A program made the translations under genes and the position numbers. 64,000 nt of DNA from Mobula hypostoma (taxonomy: Eukaryota), in NCBI RefSeq assembly GCF_963921235.1, contig NC_086109.1, forward strand, positions 10,852,001-10,916,000. The letters run 5' to 3'. This document shows, piece after piece, positions 63,001-64,000 of this stretch (positions within the stretch are counted from its first letter, which is position 1; each line of letters starts with the position of its first letter). The notes beneath the pieces are model-generated. The model saw nothing but the letters and a program-made list of their open reading frames with translations, was not told where the DNA came from and made no database searches.

Positions 63001-64000
63001 ACCAGTTTAAATGCCTTATTTCTATTTCTCACTGTTTCCTTACAATTATCATCCCACCATGGTATTACTCTCTTCTTTGCTCTTCCTTTACTTTTAGGAA
63101 TGGATTCTAATGCAGCTGATATTATACCTTGTTTTAATATGCTGTCAAGTGTTTCTATATCCATTCCATCACTGACCTGACTTAGATATCTATCACTTTT
63201 TTCCAGAAATTTCTCCCAATTGGCTTTCTCAAGGATCCATTTCCCACCTGTATTCTCTGTGACCAATGAGGCAGAAATATTTATCTTGCACCAGATTGGG
63301 TAATGATCACTCCCTACAGTTCCTTCTTGGTACACTAACCAATCACACACTGATGCAATGGAGTTTGATACTAATGTAAGATCACGCACAGACTCTTTAC
63401 CTGTATTAACATCAATTCTAGTACTACTGCCATCATTAAGGCACATAAATACTTCTCATCTAGCAACTCCTCTATTACCCGACCATTGATGTCTATTCTG
63501 TCACTCCCCCATAATACATTATGTACATTAAAATCACCACACCAAACAACATTACTACTATTCTGCCCTTCTATCTCCTAAGGCTTGTTTAACGCTAGTC
63601 TTTTGCATGGATTATAATAATTCACAATCACCACCTCTTTCCTTTCAGCCCACACTTTTACTACCACATACTCTTGTTCACTTCCTACACCTAGTATTCT
63701 ATAAGGAATACCTTGCTTTACATAAGTCGCACATCCTCCTCCTCCCGCCCTCTCGTCTCTCCTTACTGCCACATAACCATATAAAACAAAATCCAAATTA
63801 GGTTTTAAACAGGTCTCCTGGATACACACAATATCTGGCTTTTCTCTCCTGCTAGCTATAAACTGCTTGAAATCTTGTCCATCAGCAATCAGGCTTCTTG
63901 CATTCCATTGAAGAAGTAAAATTATTAGTAATATCAACCCACACATACTGCCTCTTGACTTGACTGTACCCTGAGTTCATCGTTTACTTCTTCCCATTTT
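60091..64000 (-). mobile_element. I/Nimb-clade LINE, whole ORF2 (APE, RT, RNase H, Cys/His knuckle), frameshifted; runs off the window
   Basis: APE motifs LQWNARSL, CIQET and GSDHYP. RT motifs NYRPVALTS, QGGFRKGR and SRLDYG. RNase H motifs CSDSVSAL, WVPAH and NETADRLAK. C-terminal CDLC..ETVEHIL and a (GAA)n tail. Confidence 0.93.

Noticed and set aside
33243..64000. ELK4, the downstream neighbour and read-through partner of human SLC45A3
   Set aside because: I found no ETS-domain exon or convincing host CpG-island promoter; the CpG-rich block at 54175-54779 is an LTR.
1..64000. CRISPR arrays, operons, rRNA
   Set aside because: This is eukaryotic intron-exon DNA; the recurring motifs are dispersed TEs, not regularly spaced repeats.

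Overview
Vertebrate genomic DNA, most likely a cartilaginous fish (ray or shark), inferred from HE1/V-SINE-type SINEs, CR1, Rex1/Babar, Penelope and Tc1 repeats. The only host gene I can support is SLC45A3 (prostein) on the + strand. It has four coding exons (16919-17087, 21378-22196, 26936-27201, 32802-33242) that splice in frame to a 564-aa protein, with a probable ~2.9 kb 3'UTR. Much of the rest is nested transposon debris, several insertions having clean target-site duplications: CR1, Rex1/Babar, RTE, an I/Nimb-type LINE with RNase H, Penelope elements with minimal hammerhead motifs, Tc1, hAT MITEs and a solo LTR. The unexpected result came from hand-translating the 'unique' gaps between repeats. 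Many are decayed reading frames whose motifs occur in the order expected for negative-strand RNA virus proteins. These include a bornavirus-like L gene remnant (~36150-40370, minus), two bornavirus-like nucleoprotein remnants (3938-4350 plus; 50341-50760 minus), further mononegaviral L-like pieces, and phenuivirus-like (bunyaviral) L pieces. The viral calls rest on manual comparison with reference sequences recalled from memory, not on any search, and need tBLASTn/HMM confirmation. Repeat boundaries without a stated TSD are approximate.
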